DNA of 64,000 nt. Origin: Camelus ferus. Its lineage: Eukaryota. The notes beneath the pieces were generated by a model that was not told the DNA's origin, ran no database searches, and worked only from the letters and a program-made list of their open reading frames with translations. Both the position numbers and the translations under genes were made by a program. Position 1 is the stretch's first letter, and every line of letters begins with the position of its first letter. Positions 52,853 to 64,000 of this stretch are shown here, piece by piece. Location: NCBI RefSeq assembly GCF_009834535.1, contig NC_045697.1:56360001-56424000 (forward strand), read 5' to 3'.

Positions 52853-53300
52853 TGTGCTGACATCCCAGACCCGACTCCATCTCCCGCCCCTTCAGATTCA
52901 CCCTCCAATTTTCTCCACTCAGTTCTTGCCCCAGAATGCTGACCAACATGGGCTCCATCAACATTTTTCCTGTACTTTGGCTTCTGATTGGATCCAGCCA
53001 AGGGGAATCACTTATGGAAGATCAGAGAGAGTGAGGTTGGTGTACTTATCCCTCAGGCTCCCTCCCTGTGGGGTCACTCTGGGTTGGCATTTTCTAGACC
53101 AAAGGTCTTAGCTTCTGTCTGGTGGTCTCTTCGAGCATTTCTCTCTCATTCTCTGGGTCCCTCCTCTTGTCCCTTCAGGACTGGGGGAAGAAAGAGTATC
53201 TGCTGTCATTCTCCCTTATTGTCCCTTATGTCACTCTCCTCTGCTTTCCCCTACAGTCTGATCTCAGTAAAACCGCTATGCCCTCAGCTTCTGAAATATT
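52853..53300 (+). mobile_element. ERVL LTR (LTR40/LTR41-like)
   Basis: ctttggcttctgattggatccagccaagggga...gagagtgaggttggtgtacttatccctcaggctccctccctg. Confidence 0.65.
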
Positions 53301-53867
53301 CCTTTTGAACTTTCTTACATCAACTAAAAGTAGGTCTCCTTTGGGGATGCTGCTACCTCATAGAGTAGTGGCAGTTTATTCTATTAGACATGTATGCTAG
53401 TGGGCTTGGTATATATCGTCACTTTAGAGTTATTATTCCCTCCTTCATCTTAAAAATTTCAGCTTTAAGGTTATATAACAGAATTAAACTGCTTTATACT
53501 TCACTGTGTTGCTATAACACCTGCAATGCTCCCCCTCCATCAGTTATCACCTGGAAAAAAAACCAAGTCTGGATAAATCCAACTGGTACAGCTGACTTGG
53601 CAAAGAAAAAATTACAGTCATGATGCCTGATCATCATTTTTGAATCATCAGCCATATTTGAGCCCAGAACTCTTTCCAGAAATCTTATTATATTTCCTCA
53701 GCTTATTATTTCTCTTACTCATAGATGTTTCCTCTTTCTCAACCTCCAGGACATCCTCCTCTATTCTCACATTTAAGAAATAGAATTAACTCCCCTCACA
53801 CCTCCACCTTAGCCAGCCAACATGCACCTTTCCTCACTTCCTCTGCCTTTATTCTTGTTACTATAGA

Positions 53868-54520
53868 TCAGTGATTCTTGTCATCAATCACATTACCTCC
53901 TAAAGCTTTCTGGCTTTATTGTAATTTATAAAATGACTCAGAGGAGTGGCGATACTAGCTTCTAGGTGGTAGAAACCAGGACTCCTGTTAAAACTGCAAC
54001 AAATGGGATAGTCGCGATCTCAAAGAAGTGTTTTCCAATAAGTTGTACAACTTTTAAATATCCTGCCGTGTGTTTATGTGTGTAAAAATCTGTTTATAAT
54101 TGCCTGTGTTCAGAACAAATTTCTACTTAGGAAGTAAGCATAAAGAAAAATTTACCCATTTTTAATGCACACTGGATTTGGAGTGAATTTCACTAATCAT
54201 ATATTATTGAGGGAAGATTTTAATTTTAGAAATTTAGCAATAGCCCCTCACCATTTTTGAAAAATAAGTCAACTGAACAACTTAGTTCATTATATTTGAG
54301 GTAATTGGATCTAAATACAGTACACGTGTCAGTCCGTATTTGTGCTTTTATATTGACATAGTCTCCTTGTCAGTGCATTTAACTATTTCATCAGGTATCC
54401 CATGCAATTACGTTCTAGAAATTAAACTAAATGTTATTTTGTTATAAATTATTTTACTTCTCATTTTGATTGCAGTTAAGATATAATGTTGATATTTTTG
54501 AAATTAAATATTAACATGTT
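53868..54520. mobile_element. Old hAT-Charlie-type DNA transposon fragment
   Basis: cagtgattct start and a MER20-like segment (ctaggtggtagaaaccagga), then an AT-rich internal part; exact family uncertain. Confidence 0.4.
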
Positions 54521-54521
54521 G

Positions 54522-54748
54522 CTATATATAAAACAGATAAACAACAAGGACCTACCATATAGCACAGGGAACTATATTCAATTTCTTATAATAATATATA
54601 ACAGAAGAGTCTGAAAAGAAAAAAAATATAGATATGTATATGTACAACTGAGTCACTTTGCTGTACACCTGAAACTAACATTGTAAATCAACTACACTTC
54701 AATAAAAAAATTCTTTAAAAAACCAATAAAAGAAAAAAACTGAAAAAA
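54522..54748 (+). mobile_element. L1 3' end (artiodactyl-type) with A-rich tail
   Basis: ataaacaacaaggacctaccatatagcacagggaactatattcaat...actgagtcactttgctgtacacctgaaactaac...tcaactacacttcaataaaaaa. Confidence 0.9.
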
Positions 54749-55074
54749 TGTGAAGATGTTATCATTTATAGGAACATAATTTTTGCATAGTAGAGGGCAA
54801 GTTAACAAATATTTGCTAAACAGAGGTAGTGGGTCTGATGGCATTGAAAACCATCGTATACACAAGTCATGCTCCTTTCAAAGCCCAAATCAAAAATGAA
54901 TTTTATGCCCAGTTTCCTTCTCAAAGACAGTAGTACTTCAATAATTGGCCTCGGCTCTATCTTGCGCTGTTTGTGCATTTCAAAATTGGCTAGACCAGTC
55001 TCCAAAGCATAGAAGTGTGTTTTAGAATCTCCCATAAAAAATAAAAGTTTTCCTTGAGCATGTCTGGCAGTTAC

Positions 55075-55807
55075 TGTTGTTGAACCCAAGTGCTTATGCC
55101 CAATGCACAGTGAGGCCAAACAAACCCAAATGTCAGTTTGGAGCAGGGAAAGGTTTATTGCAAGAACCAAGCAAGGAGAACTGGTGGCTTGTACTCAAAA
55201 GACTCCCTGATGGGTCTCAGGGAAGAGTTTTTAAAGGCAAATTTCGGGAGACAGCTGCAGGGTGTGTGGCTGTCTTCTACTTGGCTTGTGGTGAGGTAAC
55301 AGGGTGATGGTCCAGTAATCTCAATCATCAGCAAGAATCATCAGGTTCTGGCCAGTCTGGGGTCCAGTGCTACTGCCTATAGTTACCATCCTCCATCTGG
55401 GTGGGGACCTTGTTCCTGTAAAGGACCTCAGAGATCCATATCAGATGGTTGTGTATACTCCCTGAAGAGGAACCAAGGTCATGTCCCATCTCTGCACTAT
55501 TGTTTCTTGACTGCTCCTCCTTTACTTCTGCATTTCCTCACTCCCCTGATTAGTAACTGTTTGAATCTGCCCTTTGGAACTTAGGGAAGCTCTAGGAGGC
55601 TGAAACCTTCTTCCTACAAGTAAGAAACATGACAAGGACTGGGAGGGCCCCACAGGGTCCTGCTGGATTTCGATACTCCATTTTTTTTTTTGCTACTTCT
55701 CAATCTTAAGGGGAATGGGTGTTGGACAAGAAAGGCAATAACATTTTAGATAGAAAGGTTAATCATAAACTTGGCAGAGGAACTTGATTTTAGGGGGATT
55801 GGTTGCA
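55075..55807 (-). mobile_element. ERV1-class solo LTR (733 bp) with 4-bp TSD
   Basis: TG...CA termini; TSD TTAC at 55071-55074 and 55808-55811; minus-strand AATAAA (tttatt ~55154). Confidence 0.8.
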
Positions 55808-56292
55808 TTACTTTTCTTTGTTCTATTTTACAGTAAAATTTCAAGATTATTTTACATTATTCACTTTTTCTTAATCCTTTCATCTTTTTCCCTCTAGAAC
55901 CCAAATCATTTGGGCATTTCTGCCCCTACCATGCCAAAATACCCCTTGTTAAGAACAACAGCACCTCCTCAGTGCTAAATCCAAGGTTTCTGTGTTTTCT
56001 TTTCTTTTTACTGGCCTAGCACAGATTTTAACTCAATTATGTAACTGTGGTTTTTTGTTTTTTGTTTTTTTAAAGCCTACATGTCGTAGTGCCTTAGGGA
56101 TCATTCCTCAGACTTCTTGTCTTCCCCTAGTAATTTCATCCAACCTCATAATCTTAATTGTGATCTATAGGCAGGTGATTTAGAATTTACTCCTTCAGCC
56201 TGGACCTTTGTCCTCACCTGAAGGCTTGCGTCCAACCGATTATTAGTAAGCCCTCTGCTTACTTCCTAAAACCATCTACATCCACTGCCTTC

Positions 56293-56770
56293 TGTGAATG
56301 AAAAATACTGCAAACCCTATCAGTAAACAAAGAATGCTGAAGCCATCAAGTCATCAGTGGTTGACCCACCCCCCAGTGAAGACAAGCCTGCAGCCCAGCC
56401 TCTGCAGCCGCTCACAGTGGTGCACCCTGAGGGGACTCAGAATAAGAAAGGACAGGATACTGGCCCTAGACAGCTAGGTGCTTGTCAAAGGAATGAATTC
56501 AATGAGCCCAAATGTTTGCTTCCTCCCATATATAGAAAAGCACTAAATTCTTTAACTTGAGATGCCTGGTTTTCTTTACATAACAAGTAGTCTCTTATTG
56601 TTCCAACTACCTGGTCTTTGTTGTAAAGCTCCTATATATCCTAGCTCCTCCCCTACCTCTTTGGAGCAGTTCCTCAGAGCCATCTGAGAGGCTGTCAGCA
56701 CTGCTTGAGTCCTCCTGCCAAATAAAACATAACTCTCAACTTTTAGGCTGCACATTTATTTAAGTCGACA
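56293..56770 (+). mobile_element. ERV1-class solo LTR (478 bp) inserted in an L2 remnant (~55870-57100)
   Basis: TG...CA termini; near-TSD cttc/cgtc; TATA-like ctatata ~56632; AATAAA 56721-56726. Confidence 0.8.
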
Positions 56771-57100
56771 CGTCTCACTTAACCTTGCTTTAGCCCCACT
56801 GACCTCAAATATCCTCAAACACCTCAAGCATGATCTTGCCACAGGGCATTTGCACTTAGTCTTCTTTTGCCCAGTAGGTCAACTCCCTTCTATTCACATG
56901 GAATGTCTTTCATGGTTTAGGGTATGTCAGTTTTATAGTGAATCATTCCCCCACCACCCTGATAAAATAACCACCTCCCCTCCCCCAGCAACCCTCTCTA
57001 ATCCCCTGATTTGGCTTTGTCTTCACTTGACCCGTTTCTGTATGTACTTCTTTATTTGCTCATTAGCGCTTTCATCCTTTAGAATGAAAGCTCCATTTGG

Positions 57101-57572
57101 TGAGGGGGTACTGTATGATCAGGCCACGCAGGATGGCTGTTCTCTTGCTCTCTGTACATCCCTTGCTGGACCAGCACCTGCTTCACCTCTACCCTGCTCA
57201 CCTGTCTGACCTTCCTACTTAGTACTTGCCCCCAGCCCCAGCTGTGATTGTTCTAGCCTTAGATCAGAACTCTCCACTATGCTTATCAGAGGGGTGGTGA
57301 GGGGTGTGCCCCTCTGCTGGTTTCCCTGGTAACCAGTTAGCCAACCTGACCATAATTCTTCCTGTAACCGGTAACCTCCCACTCCCCACACCCTCCCCCT
57401 GGGAGTGAGGACTGCTGTCTTGTTGAGCTGCCTGGGGTGTCACTCCAGGGCAGACATGTACGATCCCTCCCCATCCATTAAACCATTGATGTCTCTGTTC
57501 CTGACTCTGGGCTCTTCTGGCTTGAAGCTGGGCAAGTACAGGGATGTAGGTCTGCAGGGTGCAGCCAAATTT
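57101..57572 (+). mobile_element. ERVL LTR (MER54/MER73/MER74-like)
   Basis: ctgctggtttccctggtaacc...agccaacctgac...ggtaacctccc; ATTAAA at ~57477. Confidence 0.65.
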
Positions 57573-58287
57573 CATGTCTTGAAAGTTTATCTTTATTCAT
57601 TTAAACCTCTTAATTAGCTGGCATGTCTCCTTTGCTTTCTAATCCTTACACTGATAACAAATGGATTTTTTTTTTTTAATTTGAAAAAGACCTGTGAAAT
57701 CAAAGTCTGAATTAAGAACATTTCAGCAAAAAGTTCTTTAGGATTTTCTCAGGCTTCCAGCTTTTTGATATGTGATCATCTCAGGCTTGCCTACATGCGA
57801 AATGAGTCCTCACTTAGATTCTGAAATTCATTCCAAACAAGCAGGGAATGAGGGAAATGCCAAGGGCTACCAGAATAGATCCCCTGGCCACTGATGGCCT
57901 CGGGCTGCAGGATGAAGGGCGTTCAAGAGTAGTGCCTCTGTTAAAGTTGGTTATTTCTTGGCATGTTCCATGCTTACAGCAGTAACTGAAAGAACTCCAT
58001 AAATTGCTAACAAATGGATTCAAGAAGTTTTGGAAATACCATGAACACATGGAAGAATGATCATGATAACTACAGACAATGTCTGTTATACTACCTTGGA
58101 GGCATTTCAAAGCCTGAAAACTTGGAGTGAATTTCTAACACCTACTTTTGACTTTGGGCAAGTTACTTAAAATTTCTGAGCTTTTATTTCCTAATTTGTA
58201 TAATGGAGACAGTAACAAACCTACCTTATCTGGTTGCTGCGAGGATTTAATGATTTAATACATATAAAGTGCTTAGAACAATGTCTC

Positions 58288-58799
58288 TGTAGGGGAGCAA
58301 AAAGTTTTCCTCAACCCTCTTAAGGGTCCCTGGCTAGGTCTGAAAATTAAACTCACAGAGACATTAGCAAGAGAAAAGCATACAAATTTTTAAAAATTTT
58401 GTTGAATTTTTACATGTACATGAGAGCTTTCACAAGAGAATGAAGACCCTAAGAAGTGACTAGAGGAGGCTTTTATACCTTTAGGACAAAGAAACAATAC
58501 ATTTGTGAAAAACTGACTAGACACAGGGGTTAGGGCTTGGGTGGTGGGATTGGGGCTAGGTAGTCCTTTTCCTCCTTAACTGGGAAGGCAAGAGTTTAAC
58601 AAGGTTTGCTTGCAGTTTCCTCTGGTGGCATTTCTGGACTGATGAGAGACTATCTCCAGTAAAAGGAAAATTTATTTCCAGCCATTAGGCGGAAAAGGAG
58701 GGGCTTTTCCCATGTTTGCTGTTTCTTAATTGCCTTCAGGCAAAATAATTCTTATAGCAACAAGGCATATTTTGGGGTGATGTATTCTGGTTTCCTTCA
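58288..58799 (-). mobile_element. MER34-like ERV1 LTR splitting a + strand MIR (~58095-58287 and 58800-58835)
   Basis: TG...CA termini; aagagaaaagcatacaaatttt, aatgaagaccc, ggcatattttggggtg...attctg motifs; MIR tail (cctagtacataataa) resumes after 58799. Confidence 0.8.
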
Positions 58800-60805
58800 C
58801 CTAGTACATAATAAATGAGCAATATGAATTAGCTTTGTTCCTTTTCATTATTCTAATCTGGAATTTTTCAAGTTATCTTAAATTTATTTTTAATGTTTGA
58901 AAGATTAAAAGTGAATTTTTAAATGTTTTTGTCTAAAGATTTCCCCTTTAAATTTAAGAGAAATAAAACCTACAAGATTTAAACATATTTGAATCTAGTA
59001 TTTTATTTCTAGGACTATTTAATATGTTGGAGTCCTCTAAATATTTAGATTTTGTGAAAGTCCATTTTCCACCTAGAAATTAAAAAAAAAAAGTGTAATG
59101 CAGAGAATTAGCACCACCTTAAAAATTATGGTTCTCAGTGAAATAATCTAAGGTCAGGCTCCCAGGTAGGCTATTGCTTTTATTCCTGGGCTGGTACCCA
59201 CAGTAGTTCACTTTCAAAACTATAAGTACATCACTAGACAGAGTGCTTTGCTGTTATTTGATAAATCTCACCCCAAGAGATGGGTCTAACAATCACACTG
59301 TCTGATGAATAAAAGCTCTAAGATGTGAAAGGGCCTGGCTTAGATGGAACCTGACAGTGAATGCTGTTCCTGTCAGTCAGGCCCAAGCAGCCAGCGAGGC
59401 TTCGGCGATTTTTGACATAATTAAGCTTCATGCTTAGCATAAGAGATGGATTTAATCATCCATATGATTCACATTATATGTCAGATGATCAAAATTTGAC
59501 ATGCTGCACACGAACGTCTCTCCACATTCTGAAGATCATCCTGATGTGGCATCAAATAACAAAAAAAGATCATTCATAAAGGATGTCCTCCCTTTATCTT
59601 CTCTCTTTTTGGAGTCTCCTTGTTTTCAAACTAAATATCTCTACATGTTCTCACACAAGTGACTCCTGGCTGTGAAAATGTCCCATGGGGGTTAAATAAC
59701 AAATTGACACCAGTTTGGGTAAAGGTTTCCTAATTAGCTGATCGAGGCTGTCAGCCCATGAGAGGAAGCAAAGCACCACGATATTCTTAACACATTCCTC
59801 TTCATCATCTCCTGCTCCTCCCTGCTAATTCTGATTAGCTCAGAGGCCTGGAAATCAGCTTAGCTTTTGTAAGGAAGCTTTTGTAAGTTGCAGTCTTTCT
59901 TTCCTAAACATGTTTGTTGTCAGGAAGCCAAAAGTATGTTGAGAGTCTTCTGTAAGCTTCATCAGAGGAGGATGGAGGTTTATAATAAGGCTATTTGCAT
60001 ATAAATTATGCTTAGAACGTACAGAGGAGTGGAGTCTGAGAAATGCTATTATTTGGAAAGAAAATAAAGGGCCAATCTCTGCTATAAAACCATTTTTTAA
60101 AGCTCTGTGGAATTGGATGGTTTGTATATCTTGTGGCACAACCAGCTGCAAGTTCACGGGGACAATTTTGGCAATCTGCAGGGCTCCCAACTGGGAGCTT
60201 TTATGACATTTAATTGGAGATCAGCATTCTGTAGGGGTGGATACAAAGAAATCTGTGTGATATCAGAAAGGAAAGTTCTCTGTCTATTCTTAATACTAGA
60301 AAAATTTAAAACATTGTGGTGCTATTTATGTATATCTGAAGCCTCACGTAAATTAAAAGTAACACAACTAGTAGAGCACAAACATAAGCAATATTCTCTT
60401 CTCTTACAACAAAGACTCCTTTACAAATATTCTATTCACTGCTGTACTGACTCTACAAAACAGTGATTTTTCATGAGAACAGAAGATTTCTGACTATAAA
60501 TTGGCTTTAACTGATCAGCAGTAATCCACTTCCTAGGTCATGTTTGAAATGAACTATACGTTCGATATTTTAAAATTATTTTGATGAAAAATTACGACTA
60601 AAAAGAGACAACCTTCCACCATGCACTGAAAGATGAACAATCCTAGAAATACTATCACTAATCTAAATGAGACACTATCCAGGATGAATTAGAGCAATCC
60701 TTGGGCCCTCCTGTCCTCAGGCTACAAACCATGAGAAAACTATGAATTGACTACTGCCTGATGCAGCTGTATAAGAGGACCATTGAGCAATTTGCTTCTA
60801 AAGGG

Positions 60806-60830
60806 AAAAAAAAAAAAAAAAAAAAAAAAA
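60806..60830. repeat. A25 homopolymer
   Basis: Seen directly. Confidence 0.95.
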
Positions 60831-61899
60831 GAAAGAAGACACCTTCAGGGCATACAGACACCTTGCTAATGAAATAAAACCCTGGCTAAATTAAAAGCTT
60901 CACCTAGCCTGAAGTCATTTAGATTTGCTCTTTGTTCGTTTCTCTTTGTCCCCTCCTCTTTCTCCTCCCAATCTGTCACTGGCATTCATATATTTAAACT
61001 GTGTTGTGATGGTTATATTATTTTAGTGTAACGATGAGACTTAGATGAGATGTACTTATGTGAGATGTATGAGGTGCAGAGCATTGCAAGTTATTCAGCT
61101 ACAAACCTTTAGGTTTGTCTTAATATATTGAAAAAAAATTTTTTTTGAAAACAGAGATCTGTTTAGAAAGCTGTTTCCTGAGGGACTAGTTCTTCTAGCG
61201 AATAGCTTTCCGTTACATCCCTGCAGCCTCATTGACTCCAAAACAGACAACATCTGGGCTTCTCACTCCTCACTTTCCTTCATGAGAACTGGATGTGGTA
61301 GTCTGCCAGGGTGAGCCAAAGACTGACTGCAGTTCTAGGGCTATGAATTTAATCAGATGAGATCTCAACAGGAGAAAATATGATTCGGATGGTTTTAGGA
61401 TTCACTTCCAAAGAGGATCAGTTTTTTCAATTGCATTAGAGACTGTGAAATTTACAGATTTCACACCATTTCTTCTTTCGCTCTAGTAGATATTTTAATA
61501 CGATGAGAGGCTGAGAGGATAAAAATAGTTCACAAATTAGTGAGTTGTAACAAATAGCACATGCTGTTTTTAACTTCACTAAGCCCTCAAATTTCCTTAG
61601 TATAATTTAAGTCTCTTAGAGGCACCTGTCCTCTGCTCAAGTCCTCTTTTCTTGATTATACCTCATTTCAATGCAATGCAGCAACTGTTTAGTAAGTACA
61701 TATTGTGTATAAAGCTCTGAGCTAAATACTCAAGTTAAAAAAAAAAAGTAAGAAAAACATACAATGTTAAGAAATTTCCTTAACATGTTTCCTTAACAGG
61801 TGAATCTATTTATAACTATGTAAAGGCCTTAAATTATCTGATTCTTGTTTAATTTTGGAATTATTTTTCCCCTACCAAACCCTATGCTGAATTTATAAC

Positions 61900-62580
61900 A
61901 AAACAGAGTTAAATAACCAACCTCCACTTCATCTTTTTTTCTGGATTAACTAAGGTGCTCTATTTCCTCTGTAAATCATAGTGATAGAGTGCCATGATTC
62001 TTTGGATTCTTCTTTGTACAAACCAACACTTCTACCTAGTGAGTTTGAGCCTTGCCAGAAGTATATTTGGTTCCAAATCTTTTTATGCAGTTATGCATGT
62101 TACTATTTTTATGATTTTATCAATTATTGAGTAAATCAATGAAACATACATGGAAAAAGGCCATTATTTCCATGAAAACTAAATTAAATATTTTAGAAAG
62201 ATGTAATGAATCTGAGTTAGTAAATTGAGTGGATAATGATAAAATACAGGGGGAAATTTGAACTTATATTGCTTTACAGATGTCTTTACAATCCAACTCC
62301 ATTCTAAAGAAAAACAAAATTAGAGAGTGTTGATCATGAATTTTGGGTATGATCTTATGAAAAAAAATTATATGGAATTCTAATTCATGGCCCCCATACT
62401 CTAAGAAAAGTCTAGAATAAACATGTTTGCATATATTTGAAGTTACATGCAAATTTAATGTGTTATTAATGTATGATTCGGTTTAATGTATGCATCTTTA
62501 CTTTTTCTCATTGTAATAGATTGTTTGAACTAACTAACTAACAAGGAATCCCAGTAGCTTCAGATAAGTAATGCTTTGCG
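61900..62580 (+). mobile_element. Tigger/pogo-family DNA transposon relic with CENP-B-type HTH coding remnant
   Basis: From 62139: MKHTWKKAIISMKTKLNILERCNE; after a frameshift: KLESVDHEFWV*SYEKKLYGILIHGPIL*EK, resembling the Tigger transposase N-terminus. Ends approximate. Confidence 0.65.
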
Positions 62581-63442
62581 CTCTCATGGCCTATTGTCTT
62601 TATATGTCAACACTATTGTCTGTTTGGTTGGCTTGAGATAAGTCAGCCTTTGTGTTTTCCTAATACTTAAATTACTACTTGTCCATTAACTTTCTCCCTC
62701 TTTCTTATTCGTGCTTGGCTAACTCATACATGTTTTTTGGTACCCACCTAAGACACATGACATATGTATTAACTCGTTAACAGTGTATGCACGTGTTTGT
62801 ATATCATGTGCACAGAAAATACTTCTCAGGCTTTTTCCTTTCATTTAAAATTAAATTTTACTGTATTAATTCAAATTATTAAGCTCAAAACTCTATATTT
62901 TTAATGTTTATTTACATCTTATAAGTATTACTCTTCTATTTATAAAACAGCACATTTTAACAATTACTTTAAGTGGCCTTTTGATTAATAGCCATTCTAA
63001 TACAAAAAGTTAGATATGTTTGCTAAAACTTTAAACTGGATTTACATGTTTAATACATTTGGTTTTCTTACTAAATACTCCAATAAATCTTCTCAAGTAC
63101 TTAAATAATACTTGAGAATCTGATAAATTACACTTATAAATATCTTTACTATTAAGTTCATTTAAGTGTTCCAGTAAAGTTTATAACCTGAGTAAAATTT
63201 CAACTTATAATAATAATTATACATATTATAGTATCATAAAATATTTTGGGAAAAAACTGTTACTCAATTAAGCCAAATTCTCTAGTGTTATACAAAGTGA
63301 ATAATATCAAAATATGCTCAGAATATTCCTTAACATAAAAGCAACTTTTGCACGTTGATTTTATTTTATTATTTCTACACCAAACTCTAATTCTTCTTGT
63401 GGATAAAATATCCTAACCCACCAAGGAACTGTTCTATCATCC

Positions 63443-64000
63443 TGTGTTGGGAAGCACAACACTCCTCCCGTAGATGTCCATACCACAATCTCTGGAAATG
63501 GTAAATATTTATTTTATGTGGCAAAAATGATTTAGTAGATTGGTTAATATATGGGCCTGGAGAGGGAGAGAATGTCCTGGATTTTCTGCTTTACCCCAAT
63601 CTAATCACACAAATCCTTAAAAGAAAGAATATTTCCTGGTCTGGTGAGATGTTACAATGGAAGAGGGGGAGAGAGAGAGATGTGACATTAGAAGAACTCA
63701 GTCCACTCCTGCTGACCTTGAAGACAGTGGAAGGGAGACAAGAGCCAAAGAGCACAGGTGGCTTCTACAGGCTGGGAATGTATCTCAGCTGACAACCAAT
63801 CTGAAAATCACAAAAAAACAGAATTCTGCCAACAAGCTGAATAAGTAAGGAAATTGATTCTCCTTGAAAGTCTCAAGAAACAAATGAAGCCCTATTATTA
63901 CTCTGATGTGAGCCTGGTGAGACCTGTGTGGGAGTTCAACCTACAGAATTAGAAGATGATAAATTTGTACTGGTGAAGCCGTTAAGTTTGTGATTGTATG
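63443..64000 (+). mobile_element. MLT1D/E-type MaLR LTR (cut by the window edge)
   Basis: tatgtggcaaaa...cccaatctaatcacacaaatccttaaaag...ttgaagac..ggaaggg...gaattctgccaacaa.ctgaat...cctacagaa...gataaatttgt. Confidence 0.85.

Noticed and set aside
60806..60830. A25 tract as the tail of a processed pseudogene or SINE
   Set aside because: No recognisable element body, upstream poly(A) signal or TSD.
550..63848. The many 60-189 aa ORFs in the supplied track as host protein-coding genes
   Set aside because: Short, compositionally biased, without recognisable host domains or exon structure; many lie inside repeats. The real coding exons are not in the track.
1..64000. CRISPR array, operon, prophage or other prokaryote-type system; NUMT; CpG-island promoter
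   Set aside because: The sequence is spliced mammalian DNA. I saw no regularly spaced direct repeats, long ORFs, mitochondrial-like segments or CpG island.

Overview
AT-rich mammalian genomic DNA, most likely from a camelid (Camelus/Vicugna). That assignment is inferred from a camelid-type tRNA-derived SINE, camelid-type L1 3' ends, and no recognisable Alu, Bov-A/tA, PRE-1 or Can-SINE copies. The first ~13 kb is the 3' end of the receptor tyrosine kinase gene EPHA5 on the + strand: the penultimate coding exon (247-402), a 7.9-kb final intron, the last coding exon (8317-8422; end of SAM domain, C-terminus ...NGMVPL*) and a ~4.5-kb 3' UTR ending near AATAAA 12886-12891. The ORF track misses both real exons, and none of its listed ORFs looks like a host gene. 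The remaining ~51 kb has no recognisable genes. It holds ancient repeats (MIR, L2, L1M, hAT and Tigger DNA transposons, MaLR/ERVL/ERV1 LTRs), a degraded ERV-L provirus with integrase and dUTPase relics, several very short L1 insertions with target-site duplications, and a few unique blocks that look like enhancers. The most notable biology is alternative 3'-end formation of EPHA5: an in-frame stop built into the last splice donor with an intronic poly(A) signal, plus a candidate stop-containing cassette exon. I found no convincing previously undescribed biological system. Repeat family names are from recall of consensus sequences, and boundaries without a stated TSD are approximate.
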